A stretch of 63,020 bases of DNA, filler included, from Platydemus manokwari (taxonomy: Eukaryota): NCBI GenBank assembly GCA_037951405.1. It is 5 parts of 5 records of this genome, joined end to end, with 100 filler letters (N's around TTAATTAATTAA, not from the genome) between each part and the next. Parts side by side here need not be neighbours in the genome. Positions count along the whole stretch, not along the records: positions 13,249 to 29,270 come from JBBMOY011222543.1; positions 29,371 to 40,749 come from JBBMOY010718872.1; positions 40,850 to 53,755 come from JBBMOY011913608.1; 2 more parts are not named here. The stretch is one strand, 5' to 3'. Numbering within the stretch: the stretch's first letter is position 1; each line of letters starts with the position of its first letter. The translations under genes were made by a program, and so were the position numbers. Below are positions 28,401 through 42,022 of the stretch, piece after piece. Below the pieces are notes generated by a model that ran no database searches, was not told where the DNA came from, and saw only the letters and a list, made by a program, of their open reading frames with translations.

Positions 28401-29270
28401 TGTTTGCCGAGGTAAGACAATCTTTAAATCTTAAATTACTACTACTAGTAAACATATCGATTATTTATTTATTTATCAATTATTAATCAGAAGCAAAATT
28501 TAGATAAATAAACGAAGAAAATTAAACGAATTTGATGACTGATATTCACAAAACAGTTTACCTATCAAAGAGCCATGAGAATTTAGATAAAATGTCTAAA
28601 ATTTGAAAATATTTGACAAACTAACACAATTTTATTTCCCGAAAAGGTTGTCTTGATGGGCTACGATTATGGTTTCTTTACATATGGTATCTGAAGTATT
28701 TCAAATTATTAATGTTAAAATTGACGAGATGTTACGATTTAAAAAATGTTAGTGTTTTTGGTTTTTATTAATATTATAAATATTTTATTATTATTATTAT
28801 TAATATTATAAATATTATTATAACCTGACTAAGGTAGTTGGAATCTTTATTTTAGAAATTATAAATATAATAAAATAATTAAATGCAAGTGTTCTAATAA
28901 AATTTATTTATAAAACAAATACAAATGGTAGATGGTTACAAATAATTATTACTGATAACAAATAAGCAGCAGAAGCTTAGCTAGAATAATTATTAACTCA
29001 ACTATGGTTTGTGTAAGAGTTCATTTTCTCTTATGCGATGAGAACAGAAATAACATAGATGCTAATAGTGTCACTGATATTTAGGACCTAACTACGAAAG
29101 ACACGGTATTTGATTTTGGATTTTAAATTTAGATATTAATTATAATTTTTTTGATTGAGTCTAAGCCAAATAAATTGATGATTAAGAAAATATTTATCTT
29201 CGTAATAATATTCATTAAATATTCTAAATAAAATTAATTGCTGGAATGAAGTAAAATAATTTGGTATAAT

Positions 29271-29370
29271 NNNNNNNNNNNNNNNNNNNNNNNNNNNNNN
29301 NNNNNNNNNNNNNNTTAATTAATTAANNNNNNNNNNNNNNNNNNNNNNNNNNNNNNNNNNNNNNNNNNNN
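29271..29370. other. Assembly gap/linker
   Basis: N44-TTAATTAATTAA-N44. Confidence 0.98.
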
Positions 29371-29979
29371 CCAGTAGCTACTTCGTTTAAAATTGAAGAT
29401 TCAATGGAAGAATTCATTTATACGATTTTTGTAACTTATTTATTAATAGTAACAAATAAAACATTTTTAAAACAAATTTCCAGAGATCTTTTGGTGCTAA
29501 TCTTAATCAGGCACATAAATAGATAAATATATTTAACTTATTTAAAATTACTTAATGTTAAATTTCTTAATTAAATTACTATTAAATTATTATTAAAATC
29601 ATTCATTTAAATTTTCCTCACAAAGAATACGAGAAATAATCTCCGAGCCTAATGCTTTTTGATTGAGTAATTTTGTCTTTTAATTTCCAATAAAAAAATA
29701 TTCACCCCATTATAATATTCGGAATTCTGTCAACATTTAAATAATTCTCTGCTTAATTCAATCCACTCAAAACAATATTCGCAATTTTTTAAATGAATAT
29801 TTAATATGTTTTCCTAACCACACCAAAATCTTCTATATTCCATTCGCATTTTCATTCTTTTAATTTTCTCAAAATCAACCAAACATTGCTGATTAAACAA
29901 TATTCAGAACAGACAATGGAATCATTATTCTTCGGTAGTTGTTGACGCCATTTTTAATTAAAATATTTGTAAACCATTA

Positions 29980-30662
29980 GCAAAATTAATTGCTACCAAG
30001 TTCCTCTAAATAAATGACCTACATATTTTAGATGTTCGTAATTATTAATTTATAAGCAATTAGGAAACTTAAGGAAAATGTACCATTGGAGATGCGTTTG
30101 TGAAAGTGTAGTTTGTTTAAATAAAGCGATTTTTAGGTCAAATTTTTTGTTACTGTTTAATAAGGAATATGTTGAAGTAATAACGAAAGGATAAATTCTT
30201 TAGATAATTTCAGCTAAATATATGGAATAGACAGGAAGAAAATCGAATAAAAGAATGCATTAGACATCAGAGATCGAGAAAGTCCCTATTCGATTTAAAT
30301 TTTCAATGTACATTGTTCGTTTAAGTATACGGTTAAAATAATTGATACGCAAACATGGATATTTTATGAATAACGTTTTGTAAATGCAATGAAATACATT
30401 ACTAGATGAAATACTTTACTACGATTACTTCTTAAAATATACATGGGTCCAATCTAAGATTTCTTTATATTGAAGAGGTGCATTTATTTCCAATACAATA
30501 ACATTGTAAATCGAAAATTGTAATATATTTTGTTCAATTTCACTGATACCACTTTTGGTCTATGATAAAAATCATTGTTAATTCAGCCTCTAAGATTTTT
30601 TAAAGATTTTCTAAGTTTGATAGTTGTATATTTTCCATCTCGTATTCATTTAATAATAACTA

Positions 30663-30701
<39 letters not shown>

Positions 30702-32770
30702 TTTTCCATCTTTAATTCGTTATCTTTCTTAAAAATTCCCATCTCGTATTCATTTTGTCTTTCGCAATGCAGTTTGTTTCTTAATGGATTTTTTTGGTTT
30801 TATATTCTTATGAAATACACAACGTGAGGATTTAAAAACGAATTAAATTTAAAAAGATTTATTATCAAAATTAATATTAATTACAGATAACTCATTAATC
30901 AGAAAAATTAGAAATCGATTTCTTTTCGGATTGTTAATTAATTCGGATAATGAAGGAATTTAAAATCATCATATTAATGATGAAATTATTAAGAAAAAGA
31001 CAATTATTTATTTAAAAAATCATCTAAAGTTTAATTTTCTTCTGATAATTTGAGACAATTCTCTCAGCGACATTTTCCTTAACTCCTTTATTGCACAAAT
31101 TTTTGCTTTTGATGAATTGTAATTTCTGTTCTTTTTCTAGCCTTATGGATATTTGGTTTAAGTTAAGAAAAAGGGCCCATTGACCCTATTTTAAAGTAAT
31201 GACTTTTCGTGAGTTATTTGATTTTAGAATTTATTTGTAATCATATTTTATTGAAATTTTTACACAAAATTCAATTTTAGATTAAAACCAAAATTCAACT
31301 CTAACAATCAGAAACCATGTATTCGATGCACGCTACTATATTTGGCACTTTTCTAACATTCCTCGAGAATTTTTACGACAATATCTGGATCTTCAATGAT
31401 ATGTCTATGCCAAGATATTTCTTAATTGGCGAGGAATCTACAAATTTTGTTGTATCTCAAAAAATTATTTTTAAATTGTTGGTTTTATTTTAATAAAAAT
31501 TGTCAATATTTGTTGATTGTTAGTTTACTGATGGATTTGTAAATATAATATATTTTTAAATATAATTTTTTTGTGTGAGCCCGTGCACCAAAAATACTTT
31601 ATTCAGAATATCGAAAAGGAACAAAGCTAAATTGTTAAACCAAGTCCCTATTTGAATTCCGAAACATATATATATGGCATCTTCACCTGTCCTATTTATT
31701 TGATTTCAATCAAATCTTCATTTCATTACAACATCGACAAATTTGGGATCTATGTATCCAATCTATTAAATAATATTTATATACTTATTTTGAGAGAAAA
31801 CACAAGTACCGTGTTCCTGGCTCTTCTCAATAATTTAGAAGTCACTTTTATAAAATAACTCTAAAAATCTTAGATATCATTCCAATTTTAGCCGAATTTT
31901 CTAAAAATTCATCGAATTTCTAAAATAATAGAATTTAATAAAACAAATCGAATGAATTTTTTGGTAATTATAAAATTAATTTTAAATTCAAAGTGGAAAA
32001 ATAAAAATATTTTAAATTTCTTAAGTAGAATTTCCACATCTAAAATAGTATAAATAGACTGCGAAAATTAAAATTTTTCGCTCATAAAAATCTAAACGAT
32101 AAAATTCGGATTAAAAACTAGAATCTTAAAACTATCGTTTGTAGTAAGATTTTTTATAAACAGAACCAGCAAACTCAAGTGAATTCAATGAAACCAGTTA
32201 TGAAACCATTGGCAATATTGGATGTTGTATTCTAATGAAATCAACGCAAAGTTGCGAAACTTTAAAAAAACTCGTGTGATTGTATATTTTAAAATCTATA
32301 TTTTAACATATTTAATTATATGCTGGTATATTCGAATTTGCCAATCCACAACTTAAAATATTGCGAATTAATATTTGTACATTTGTTGGAGTTCTATACA
32401 AAGTGGAGTTGTCTATACAAAAGGTTTTTGCCTTTTGATTTATTAAATAGTTATTTATTAAATAGAATTACATACTAATTTGCTAAATAGTTTTAATAGA
32501 CTGATCATTGATTGATTTTGTTTAACATTAAGTTATCCTAAATCGAACTTATCGAACCTAACAACTTCATTAAAGTTATTCCCATTAAAATAACCAAATG
32601 GAAATGTTTGCTTTATAGGTCTTAAATTGAATTCATTTAATATTTGGTATTTACTAGGTTCTTCATGTAATAAATTACCCATCGTTTCTACAGAAGTTGC
32701 AGGTCCTATTAATTTAAATGACGACCACTATGAAAATAACATGGAATTAAAAAAAATTAAGAGATTTAAT
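29980..32770 (+). pseudogene. Degenerate leucine-rich-repeat coding relic(s)
   Basis: Fragments NDLHILDVRN (~30013), SNIPREFLRQYLDL (~31350), LNNIYILILREN (ORF 31652), LKILDI (31861), PQLKILRIN (~32345) and IELHTNLL (~32462), with many stops and frameshifts. Confidence 0.45.
30667..30697. repeat. (CT)n microsatellite
   Basis: Directly visible. Confidence 0.97.
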
Positions 32771-35079
32771 CTTTAAATTGCAATTATTTTATGTTTTCTT
32801 TTGTAATGATCAAGGTTTCTGACTTTGAGATCTTTCTGAACGAAGCACCTGTTTCTTTTGTAATTCTTATTTAGAAATAATGACAATTTCTTGATTTCTG
32901 CATAATTATTTCATCTTCATGAATTATAATTATTATTTTTTCATTTTTATTTAAAATTTTTAATCTAAATCTTATTCTTATTATTTGGTTTGCAATAATA
33001 ATTATTACATTAATAAATTGATCAATAACTTTTTATCCATAAAATATTCCCTATTATTGATTTTAATATAAATTCAAAAAATCGACAATATGATTTATGC
33101 GAGGTTTATTAAAAATACTTTTTATTTGAGTACTTGATCTCAATCACATATTCCTAATCCAAGAGCGCTGTTTTGAACCAGAAAAAATGAGATGATATCG
33201 AATTCAAAAAGAATCATAATATGACCACTCTTTTTTAGAAAATTTCGGCCGTTTATTTATATACTCTCACCGAGTATTTAATAAACATCTGAACGAGTTT
33301 ATTTCATCTTTGGGTGACTTGAAATTTTTGCAACCACGTGTGCGGCCATTTTATCAAATATTTTAAGTTACGAATTTATAAAAATAATTTTTTAGTATAT
33401 GGAATAAATTTTAAATTACGAGAATTTGGTTATTTACCTACATTTATAATAATATTATTTATCATCAATTTTATTTAACTAAAAAATATTTAATTATATT
33501 TAAATTACAATATAAAAATAAATAAAATTAGAAGAAAAAAAATCATCTACATTTTTTAATACTGTTTTATTACTTAATATTGAAAATAGATTATCATTTA
33601 CTTATTTTTTTATTTTTGAAGATTTAAACTCGAATATTTTTAAAAATATTACTCCGATTTTAATTTTGACAAACAGATTCATGATCTAAGACAATTCTGC
33701 CACCAGATGAGTCTATTTTCGATCAAATTCGTATTTTATAAAAGATAAAGTGCTCTAGAATGTGAACTACAGCCATTATTTAAACTCATACATTGAAATG
33801 TATGTATAAAATTTGTTTTAATCAGTTTTAAAACTTATTTTAATTAACTAGTTTCGATGAAATCTTCCAAGAATCTTTTTCCCGTTTAAATTTTTTTATT
33901 TATAAGTTATAGTTTTAGTTTTCCAGAATTTTAACAACAAATATGTCCTTTGAATATTTGGTTGTACAGCCTTTCTAAAATTTATTTATATATTTAAAAA
34001 TTCTTACACGATTCAAAACTTTGATTGCATTTCAGTATTTGGTTTTGCTGTTAAGTTATCATTTAAATTATTCTATTCATCAATTTTTGACTATTTAACT
34101 AGAAACATTTATCCCCAATAAAACATTAATAGATTCTATTAAATCAGCAAAAGGAACATAAAAATTAAATAACAAGGATTTTCAAATTTTAATTATTAAT
34201 GAACAATAATTTTTATTAATTAATTACGAATGGGAAAATCAATGAAGTTTATCAAATAATTTCTTACCAACTTACATAAAATTTAATACTTGGAAAAGTA
34301 GATAAAAATGAATTAAGAGTTGAAGATATAGTAATTGACGAAAGAAAATATAATATCATCGAAAATATTTAATGAAAAAAGAAGATCTTTGTGTTATTGA
34401 TTCATGAGTTATTACATCAATATATTTATATAAATCTGCTGATATTGTTTTTGAACCTCAAATCCTGTAAATATTTATTAGAGTTTTCTTTAATATTCAA
34501 TTGAATGTGGATTTAAACAGACAAAAAAAAGAATATTGATAAAGCGTATTTTGAAGTCGATTATGATATTACTTTAAAAACTATTTTTTGCTTCAAATTT
34601 ATTTAATTTATGAGATTAACACTGGGAACTCATGAAATTGAAAATATTGAACGTGTTGGAGAAGTAACTATTTTAATTAATTTTATATTATTAGACAAAG
34701 CAGATGAGGAAATCAGAAAATTAATAGCCAGACGAGACAGGTATTTTTTGGAAAAACTTTAAATCGGAAGATACCTCAGAAGAATAAGCTAAATCGTGGT
34801 TTTCAGATACGTTTACAATAAAAAAATTGATAATGGATATGATTGTCCAACTCGCAGATGTTCAAAAATCTGATAGCGAAAGGGTATACCTTACCTTCGA
34901 GATAAGGTTTGAAACAAGATTCGATAATGAAAGATATTATCAGCAAGAGAACATGATCAAATGGATTTGTAAGCCGTTACTGTTTTATAAAAAACGCATC
35001 GAAAACAAACTGAAAAGACTCGACATTCAATTCTATTTTAAAGACAATTATATAAACAAATAAAGAAAATTTAATACCA

Positions 35080-35202
35080 AATTAAAATTCAATAAAAATT
35101 TAGATTCAATATAAAATTAAATTCAATTTAAAATCAAATTCAATACAACATTAAATTCAATATAAATCAAATTCTATGCTAATTCAAATTAAATTCAATT
35201 TG
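35080..35202 (+). repeat. Degenerate minisatellite of about 17-bp units (ATTAAATTCAAT core)
   Basis: About seven imperfect copies of (A)ATTAAATTCAAT(AT) in tandem. Confidence 0.7.
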
Positions 35203-35209
35203 ATATTCT

Positions 35210-36420
35210 CACATGTTTAAAAGACGCTCTTGCCCTTAAACTAGACATGAGTAACAGAAATTAGGAGTGCTGCCAAGGTGTTCGAGAATCAAGAACAAAG
35301 TGTGCAACGAGATTCTTAAGCAGTCAATAAAATTCGTAGAGACAGCTATGCTCAAGCATTAAAAACTGGACGAAGGAACCGGTGGAACAACAGGTACAAA
35401 AAGAAAAGCAACGAGTCCAACAATTATAAGCCACCTCATGCTATCAGAACCCCGATCCAATAGCTTCAGAACAGAAGTTCACTTCAGGCAGAGAGAGACC
35501 AATGTATTCGATGAAATACATGGCCAAAAAAATTTACAATAATTTTCGAGGCATGCCAAATCCAAAAGAAGAGCGATTATGAAGAGACAATTGCGTCTGC
35601 TGTGAAGAAAGCGGGCACTATAGAAGCCAGTGCTCCCAAAGGCACAAGTGTTTAACATGCGGACAAGAAGATCATGCCATTTAATACGAAGTACAAGACA
35701 CAGAGTAGAAAGTAGAATTTTATGTATTCAAGACGAGATCGAGAAGCAATTTGATCCAATTGAAGACCCAGTAATGCACGAGGTAGAAGATCAAAAAACC
35801 ACAACAACTCCGTCGCATACATATCGTCGGTGGGGTTGAATCAATAGATAACAAGAAAATTCGAAAAGGAACCAGACTTGAAGAGATGTTTCTGAACGAC
35901 GATGCTAGGGTGTGGACTAAAGTGTTGATCAACGGAGCTGCAGGAGAGATGTTATGGGATTCGGGAGCGTCTATCACAGTGATGAGCGAGAATTATTGGA
36001 AGAAGGTGGGAAGCCCAAAATTGTAGAATAGTTTGATTACGCTTAGTGGAGTGTTTTCAACTGGTGTCGAACGCCCTCTGGGTTATTCAGATGTGATTGC
36101 CGAGTGGAAAGAAAAGAAAAGAGAAATTAGGTTTGTCCCTACTTCATTGGAGGTGTTGACACGATGAATGCATTCGGAATTCAGCTGGAAGAGGTGGCCA
36201 CAATCGATTCATCATAATTTAATGAAAAATATACAGATCAAGAAAGATTGAAATACGCAATGAAAACGATCAAGACTGGGAACAAGGGGAAGAATTTGAA
36301 GACACATCAAGGAATACAGAAATATATTCATGGCTTCAAATTTTGATCTAGGGAGAACCAACTATATTATAATTACAGGAAATCCTATTTCGCAGAATAC
36401 CAGAAGACAGCCTGTTACAA
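35210..36420 (+). mobile_element. Degraded Gypsy/Ty3 LTR retrotransposon gag-protease-(pre-RT) fragment
   Basis: CCHC knuckle CVCCEESGHYRSQC (~35592-35635), a second degenerate knuckle CLTCGQEDH, aspartyl protease VLINGAAGEMLWDSGASITVMSENYWKKVG (~35920-36010), GVDTMNAFGIQL, and YRNIF..FDLGRT..PISQ..RR. Multiple stops and frameshifts. Confidence 0.9.
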
Positions 36421-36492
36421 ATAAGACGTTTTACACTGAATAATTTATTTAATACAATAACGATGTTATATACATCATTTTATTATTGGTGA

Positions 36493-36626
36493 TGTAATAA
36501 CATATTGGGAGGTTTATTGGATTGTAGCAACTGACAATTGCACAATCACTAATCAACATGCAATCAAACAACATACACACGTCATACATAACACATTCAC
36601 ATTTCCATTTACGAATCTCCCTTACA
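36493..36626 (-). repeat. Possible short solo-LTR-like element (TGTAA...TTACA)
   Basis: 5-bp inverted termini and an AATAAA on the minus strand. No clean TSD. Confidence 0.3.
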
Positions 36627-38741
36627 ATGGTAATTCTCAAAAATTATGAATTAATAATTAATTAATCAATAGAATCTGAAAAAGAAAAGGTTTCGCCTTA
36701 AAAAGATATACAACAACAAATAATAACTTGACAACCATAAATCGATTATAATGGCTTATCGAAAATGATTTCAAAACAATAATCACGGCCGTGATAAATT
36801 AGAAGTGAAAAATCAATCATCGATTTTGAAGCTTGATATTGTTATTGTCGAGATCATAAAGTTCATTTTAAATCGTCTTACAAGTCACATGCAAATAATA
36901 GGACAATTTTAATGAGGTGAAGACAGCACCACTATTATATTATTAGATTGTATTCATCATTCAACAATTGCATTTCAAAACATTTATTAAAACATAATTC
37001 TTGCTCAACCAATGAAAACAACAGAATAATCTGTTATTAGCATTCATATCCGATATTAAATGACTCTGTTCTATTTTTGTTGATCTAAATTTGAACCAAA
37101 ATAAATTATTCTAAATATCAATTCATTGTTTTAATCTCCATTATTTAAATTGATATAATGCTTGGCCGATAATCATTCAGGAAACAGTCCGAGCAATGAT
37201 TGTTACATAATCATCTCGACCTGCACACAATAATCCATTGTTTAAAAACCACTAAATACAAAATACAGACGTTAAAGAATCACAGCGATTTACATATGCA
37301 AAATAAACTTTATAAGTGTTGAATTATAATCATACCAAACCATTTCATGTTTTAACAAATAATTATGAATTCTAACATGAATTTGATAAATGCTTGATTA
37401 TTAAGATTATTTTCAAAATTATTAATCTCATTTTATATTATGACTTGATATCCTATGTATTCCAAATAAAATATTCTAATTTTCTTTATTAATGACTTTC
37501 TATTATCATACATTATCTTCACACTTGCTCATTATTTACCTTAATTAATCTCAACTAATACAGATATTCCGTGATCGATGTTGTCAATGTTTAAACATAT
37601 GTATTTCTTCATGAGATTTATCACAACCATTACTAAATTCATTATAATATTATGCAAGTTTCATGAACTGATTTAAATAATGATTTTAACAAAACTAGCT
37701 TGAATTTGATTCGATTAATTAATTATTTCGCTTGGATACATTTGATGTACAACAAAATGGAATTGAAAGTCACTAAAATTGAAAAAATATAAACAGTGAG
37801 TTGATTATAATTATAAATTTTGGTAAAACATTTTTTGGGTGTTATTTATTGAATCAAATATTGATATTTTATTACCATTCTAATTGACAAGATTTATTGC
37901 TACTGTTCCCATATATATACTTGATAATAAAAATCAATTCAAAATTTTATTATAAAATATAATCTTCACTTTTCCGTATCGAATTGCTATTATTATTATT
38001 ATTAAACAAAGTATAGAAAGTAAGGTTGAATTCAGATTCTATCCTCGTTCATAGAAAAAGATGGCTCTGATGATTTCCTGACTGAGACTTTGACGGTCCT
38101 GACAGTGAATCCACAGATAGAGTGGTTTTGTCAGAATTACACATTAATGTCAGATAATTTCTGGAATATATCGACATGTAATTGGCATCTCGTTGGATTC
38201 GAACTCATATCTCACTTACTCAGTTACGTTCTTAGTACAAAGTTATGAGCACACGTTGGTTTTGGATTTTGCTTCCACATTATAATTGGCACGGAGCCAA
38301 ATAAATATTAAATTGTCATGAAATTAAATCTGGGTAACTTATTTAAAAAGCCTATATTTTAGATATCAACTAAACATTATTTCATTCCCATTATTTTTTT
38401 ACAGCTATGCTTACACTACTTTCTATTTTAATCAAATAGAATTTGAACTTTTAATTGCTGATGGTCTAAATTCTGCAATATATTTGCAATCTAAAAATAA
38501 AAACCCGTAAAGTGACTGCTGTAATATGAATCCAAGTGGGATTATAAATTACAAATATAATTTTATTAATGATTTTCTCAGCCAATAATCGTCACTTATT
38601 TATATTTGTAAACAAATTTTAACTTAATAATAATCTAATCACGTGATTGTGATTAATTTTAAGTGACAACCCCAGCTTTTTTCTATTGGGTCTTTTCGAA
38701 CAAACTTATTTAATATATCCTTACAACTGTGTTTCATTTTT

Positions 38742-38900
38742 TGTAAGCCGCTACTATTTTATAAAACACGCATTGAAAACGAACTGAAAAATGACGTCAC
38801 CAAATTATCTATATAAAAATAATTTTTCAAAAAAATTGATATTTTATAAGAATTTAATTTAAAATTTTTTAAAATAATTTCTCGCAATTATAAAAATTAA
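38742..38900 (+). repeat. LTR-like repeat family, 5' fragment
   Basis: TGTAAGCCGCTACTATTTTATAAAACACGCATTGAAAACGAACTGAAAA. Confidence 0.7.
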
Positions 38901-40675
38901 ATTAAAAGATGTTTTAAAGAAAAATCTAATAGATAAACAATTTATTGATTTAAATAAATATAAAAATAAATAAAAATTCCAAAAAATTCTAAACTTTTTA
39001 TTTATTCTCGAAATAATTTGGAAATCTTTCATTGAAATTACTTGATTTATTATTTGAAATATATAAAATAAATTTATGAAAGAAACAGTCTCGATCGATT
39101 TGAACTGATAGTTATATGGATAAAATCTTTATTGTCTTATATAAACCAATCTCAATAGCCGTCTCCAAAAATGAAAAACTGTTTATTGGTCATTAATTAT
39201 CAAATTAATATTTGAATGGATTTTAGTAACAAAGTTGAAAATAATTTCTCCAATAAATTCTAATGCCTATTTCCACAGTCCTTCATTAATAAATCGTATT
39301 ATTAACGATTTTTGATTGTTCTGTCTTTAACATATCTCTCCCGTTAACAGGCGTCGCTTTCGTTTTATGATTATTTTTTAAATAATATTATGAATCCCAT
39401 TGAAGATTTTCATTTTCTATACTTCAAACAATCGAAAAGCTTTACTTTGAAAAGGAAATTATCTATCTAAGTAAATGTTAATTTTATGGAGCATATTTTG
39501 TAATATTTAATATGCCTCACCAAGATCATAATTTTTATTAATAAATTATGTTTAAAAATAATTTAAAATAATTTAATATTCATAATTATTAACATGCGAA
39601 AATTTTTAATCTAGAGACAGAGAAAAAATATAATGATAAAATAGAATTTGAACTTCAGATGTCCGGCGCTTGACCTCTGTTCCAAATTGAACTCCTGAGA
39701 ACTAAATGATTATGGAATGTTTTTAGTTCGAGATTTCGGACACGACATTTTTTTAATACATTTAAACATTTTCGATCAGCTGCACTCTTGTGAAGTAGAG
39801 ATTTGAAACGGGTTTCAGTATGAGAAAGTTATTTTATTTTGGTCAATCGATGTTGGAATAATTTGGGACGTTTGTTTTGTCCATCAAGATTTATTCTCGA
39901 TTTACTCATGATACAAATTATTAGAATTTTGTCGTTTTTATTCGGACGATAAAACATCATCAAAATATTATAAATATCGTGATCAAATTCAGAATAAAAT
40001 GTTTATTCAGAATTAAATTCTGGTGATAATAACGATTTGTAATTTACGCTATTTTCTTGCAATTGTAAGATAAAAAAGTAGAATATTTCAGTGTGTAAAA
40101 CTATTAGTAACATTGTTACGGAGTTTGATTATGCAACGAGACATTTTTTTATCTGGCATTTCAGTTGAAGTGGCGGGACTTAGACCTCGTTTATAATAAA
40201 ATTAACTAAATTATTTTCCGTATAATGTAATTTTGAAATATAATTTTTTTGTTTAACTTCAATGCGAACCTAGTTCATAGAAAGGATTCAGATTGAAATT
40301 TTCAAGCCAGTTGAGTTCAAGTACTGCCAAACTTAACATTTTCTAATTATAATTAACTTGCCATAGCAGGCCACTCTTTGCTGTGGCTCAATCTGGTTAG
40401 TTTTTTTGAATTCTTTTAATTTATTTATTTCATTATTTTTCACATATAGATGAAGAAAATATTTAAATTAAAAAGAAATCTAATTAAGAAAACATAAAAT
40501 AATTAAATCAAAATTGTATAGATATCTAACTGGTGACAGTTAAAAACAAGCCTGGATTCGAAAGCAACGTTGTGTCATAATTTCAAAGCTGTTGTTGAGG
40601 TTTTTTGATTTTGAACAAACTATCATTTACATTTTTATCTCTGCAGGTTAATTAAAATAAAATATATTTACTTAC

Positions 40676-40749
40676 TATTAGGTTGTCCCATATGAAATGT
40701 CCGATTTTTATATATTGAACTTTAAATCAAAATTTTTTAAAAACTACTT
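40676..40749 (+). mobile_element. mariner terminal inverted repeat running into an assembly gap
   Basis: TA-TTAGGTTGTCCCATATGAAATGTCCG...; 70 bp identical to 53686-53755 and related to the mariner end at 61943. Confidence 0.8.
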
Positions 40750-40849
40750 NNNNNNNNNNNNNNNNNNNNNNNNNNNNNNNNNNNNNNNNNNNNTTAATTA
40801 ATTAANNNNNNNNNNNNNNNNNNNNNNNNNNNNNNNNNNNNNNNNNNNN
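40750..40849. other. Assembly gap/linker
   Basis: N44-TTAATTAATTAA-N44. Confidence 0.98.
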
Positions 40850-41412
40850 GCCCATTTTACATATTCTCCACTTCTTTGTACTTCTCGTCTATATTTTCAT
40901 GCAATAAACCTTCTCAAAATCAAATCTAAATGCGTGGTCTTCATATAATCTAACTGAAAAGTCACGGCACGAACTTGCATTTAATCGATTTTATTTAAAC
41001 AAATTAAGAATAAAAAATCGGATTTTAAAATCTTTTAAATTCATCATCATCATTTTAAAATCCTCACATTTTTGCCATTTTATCTATTCCTAATTATCTC
41101 TTACCATATCATCTAGATATTTATCTTAATAAAAATTTCCGTTTCTTCTGCCCATTTTACATATTCTCCACTTCTTTGTACTTCTCGTCTATATTTTCAT
41201 GCAATAAACCTTCTCAAAATCAAATCCAAATGCGTGGTCTTCATGTAAGCCGCAACTATTTTTATAAAGCACGCATCGGAATCTAACTGAAAAGTCACGG
41301 CACGAACTTGCATTTCATCGCAATAATTTAAATAAATTAATAAATAAAATCGGATTATAAAATCTTTTAAATTCATTTTTAAAAACGATCATCACCATTT
41401 TAAAATCCTCAC
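40850..41412 (+). repeat. Tandem array of LTR-like units (period 300 bp)
   Basis: 40850-40943 is nearly identical to 41150-41243. Junctions are ATGCGTGGTCTTCA|TATAATC (40943/4, 5'-deleted unit) and ATGCGTGGTCTTCA|TGTAAGCCGC (41243/4). An AATAAA lies about 35 nt before each CA end. Confidence 0.85.
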
Positions 41413-41957
41413 TGTTAATAATAATTATATTAATAATATTGACAACAATATATTTATAATTATAATATTATTTATAATAAAGAAAAATAATTGTTATTAA
41501 TAATAATTAGAATTAATCTATCTATTAGACGAGTCGATAGTTAATCTTATAATGCTCTTCATTTTATTTATCACGCATCTGTTTCGAGCTTAATGATTCT
41601 CAAATTTTATTTCAGATTGTCTGTCAGATATGTTGGTATCAGCGATTTATTTCTCTCAAAAAATGTCATTGTTATCTTATACCCTTCAATACTTGACACA
41701 AACCATCAATCATTCATTCGAAGAAACTCAACTCTCAATTTTGACAAGCTAAAAACAATTATAATCCAATTATTAGTCGAGATTCAATTTCGTTATTTAT
41801 ATTAAATGAAGTTCATTTATTTGTTTATTTTTATGGGAATCGAATTCACCATGTTAATTGATTGTCAATAATATTTTTCGAATTATTTGTTTGCCTTTCA
41901 TTACAAAAAATATCTAAACAAAAGCTTTCATTCTGAAATCGAATATTTCCGTGCCTC

Positions 41958-42022
41958 TGTGTGTGTGTGTGTGTGTGTGCGCGGTGTGTGTATCTACAAA
42001 TGTGCCTATGCTGGTGTGTGTG
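41958..42022. repeat. Interrupted (TG)n microsatellite
   Basis: Directly visible. Confidence 0.9.

Noticed and set aside
37160-37300. WD40-like fragment SVFCI*WFLNNGLLCAGRDDYVTI on the minus strand
   Set aside because: A single short match with a stop and no supporting neighbouring repeats.
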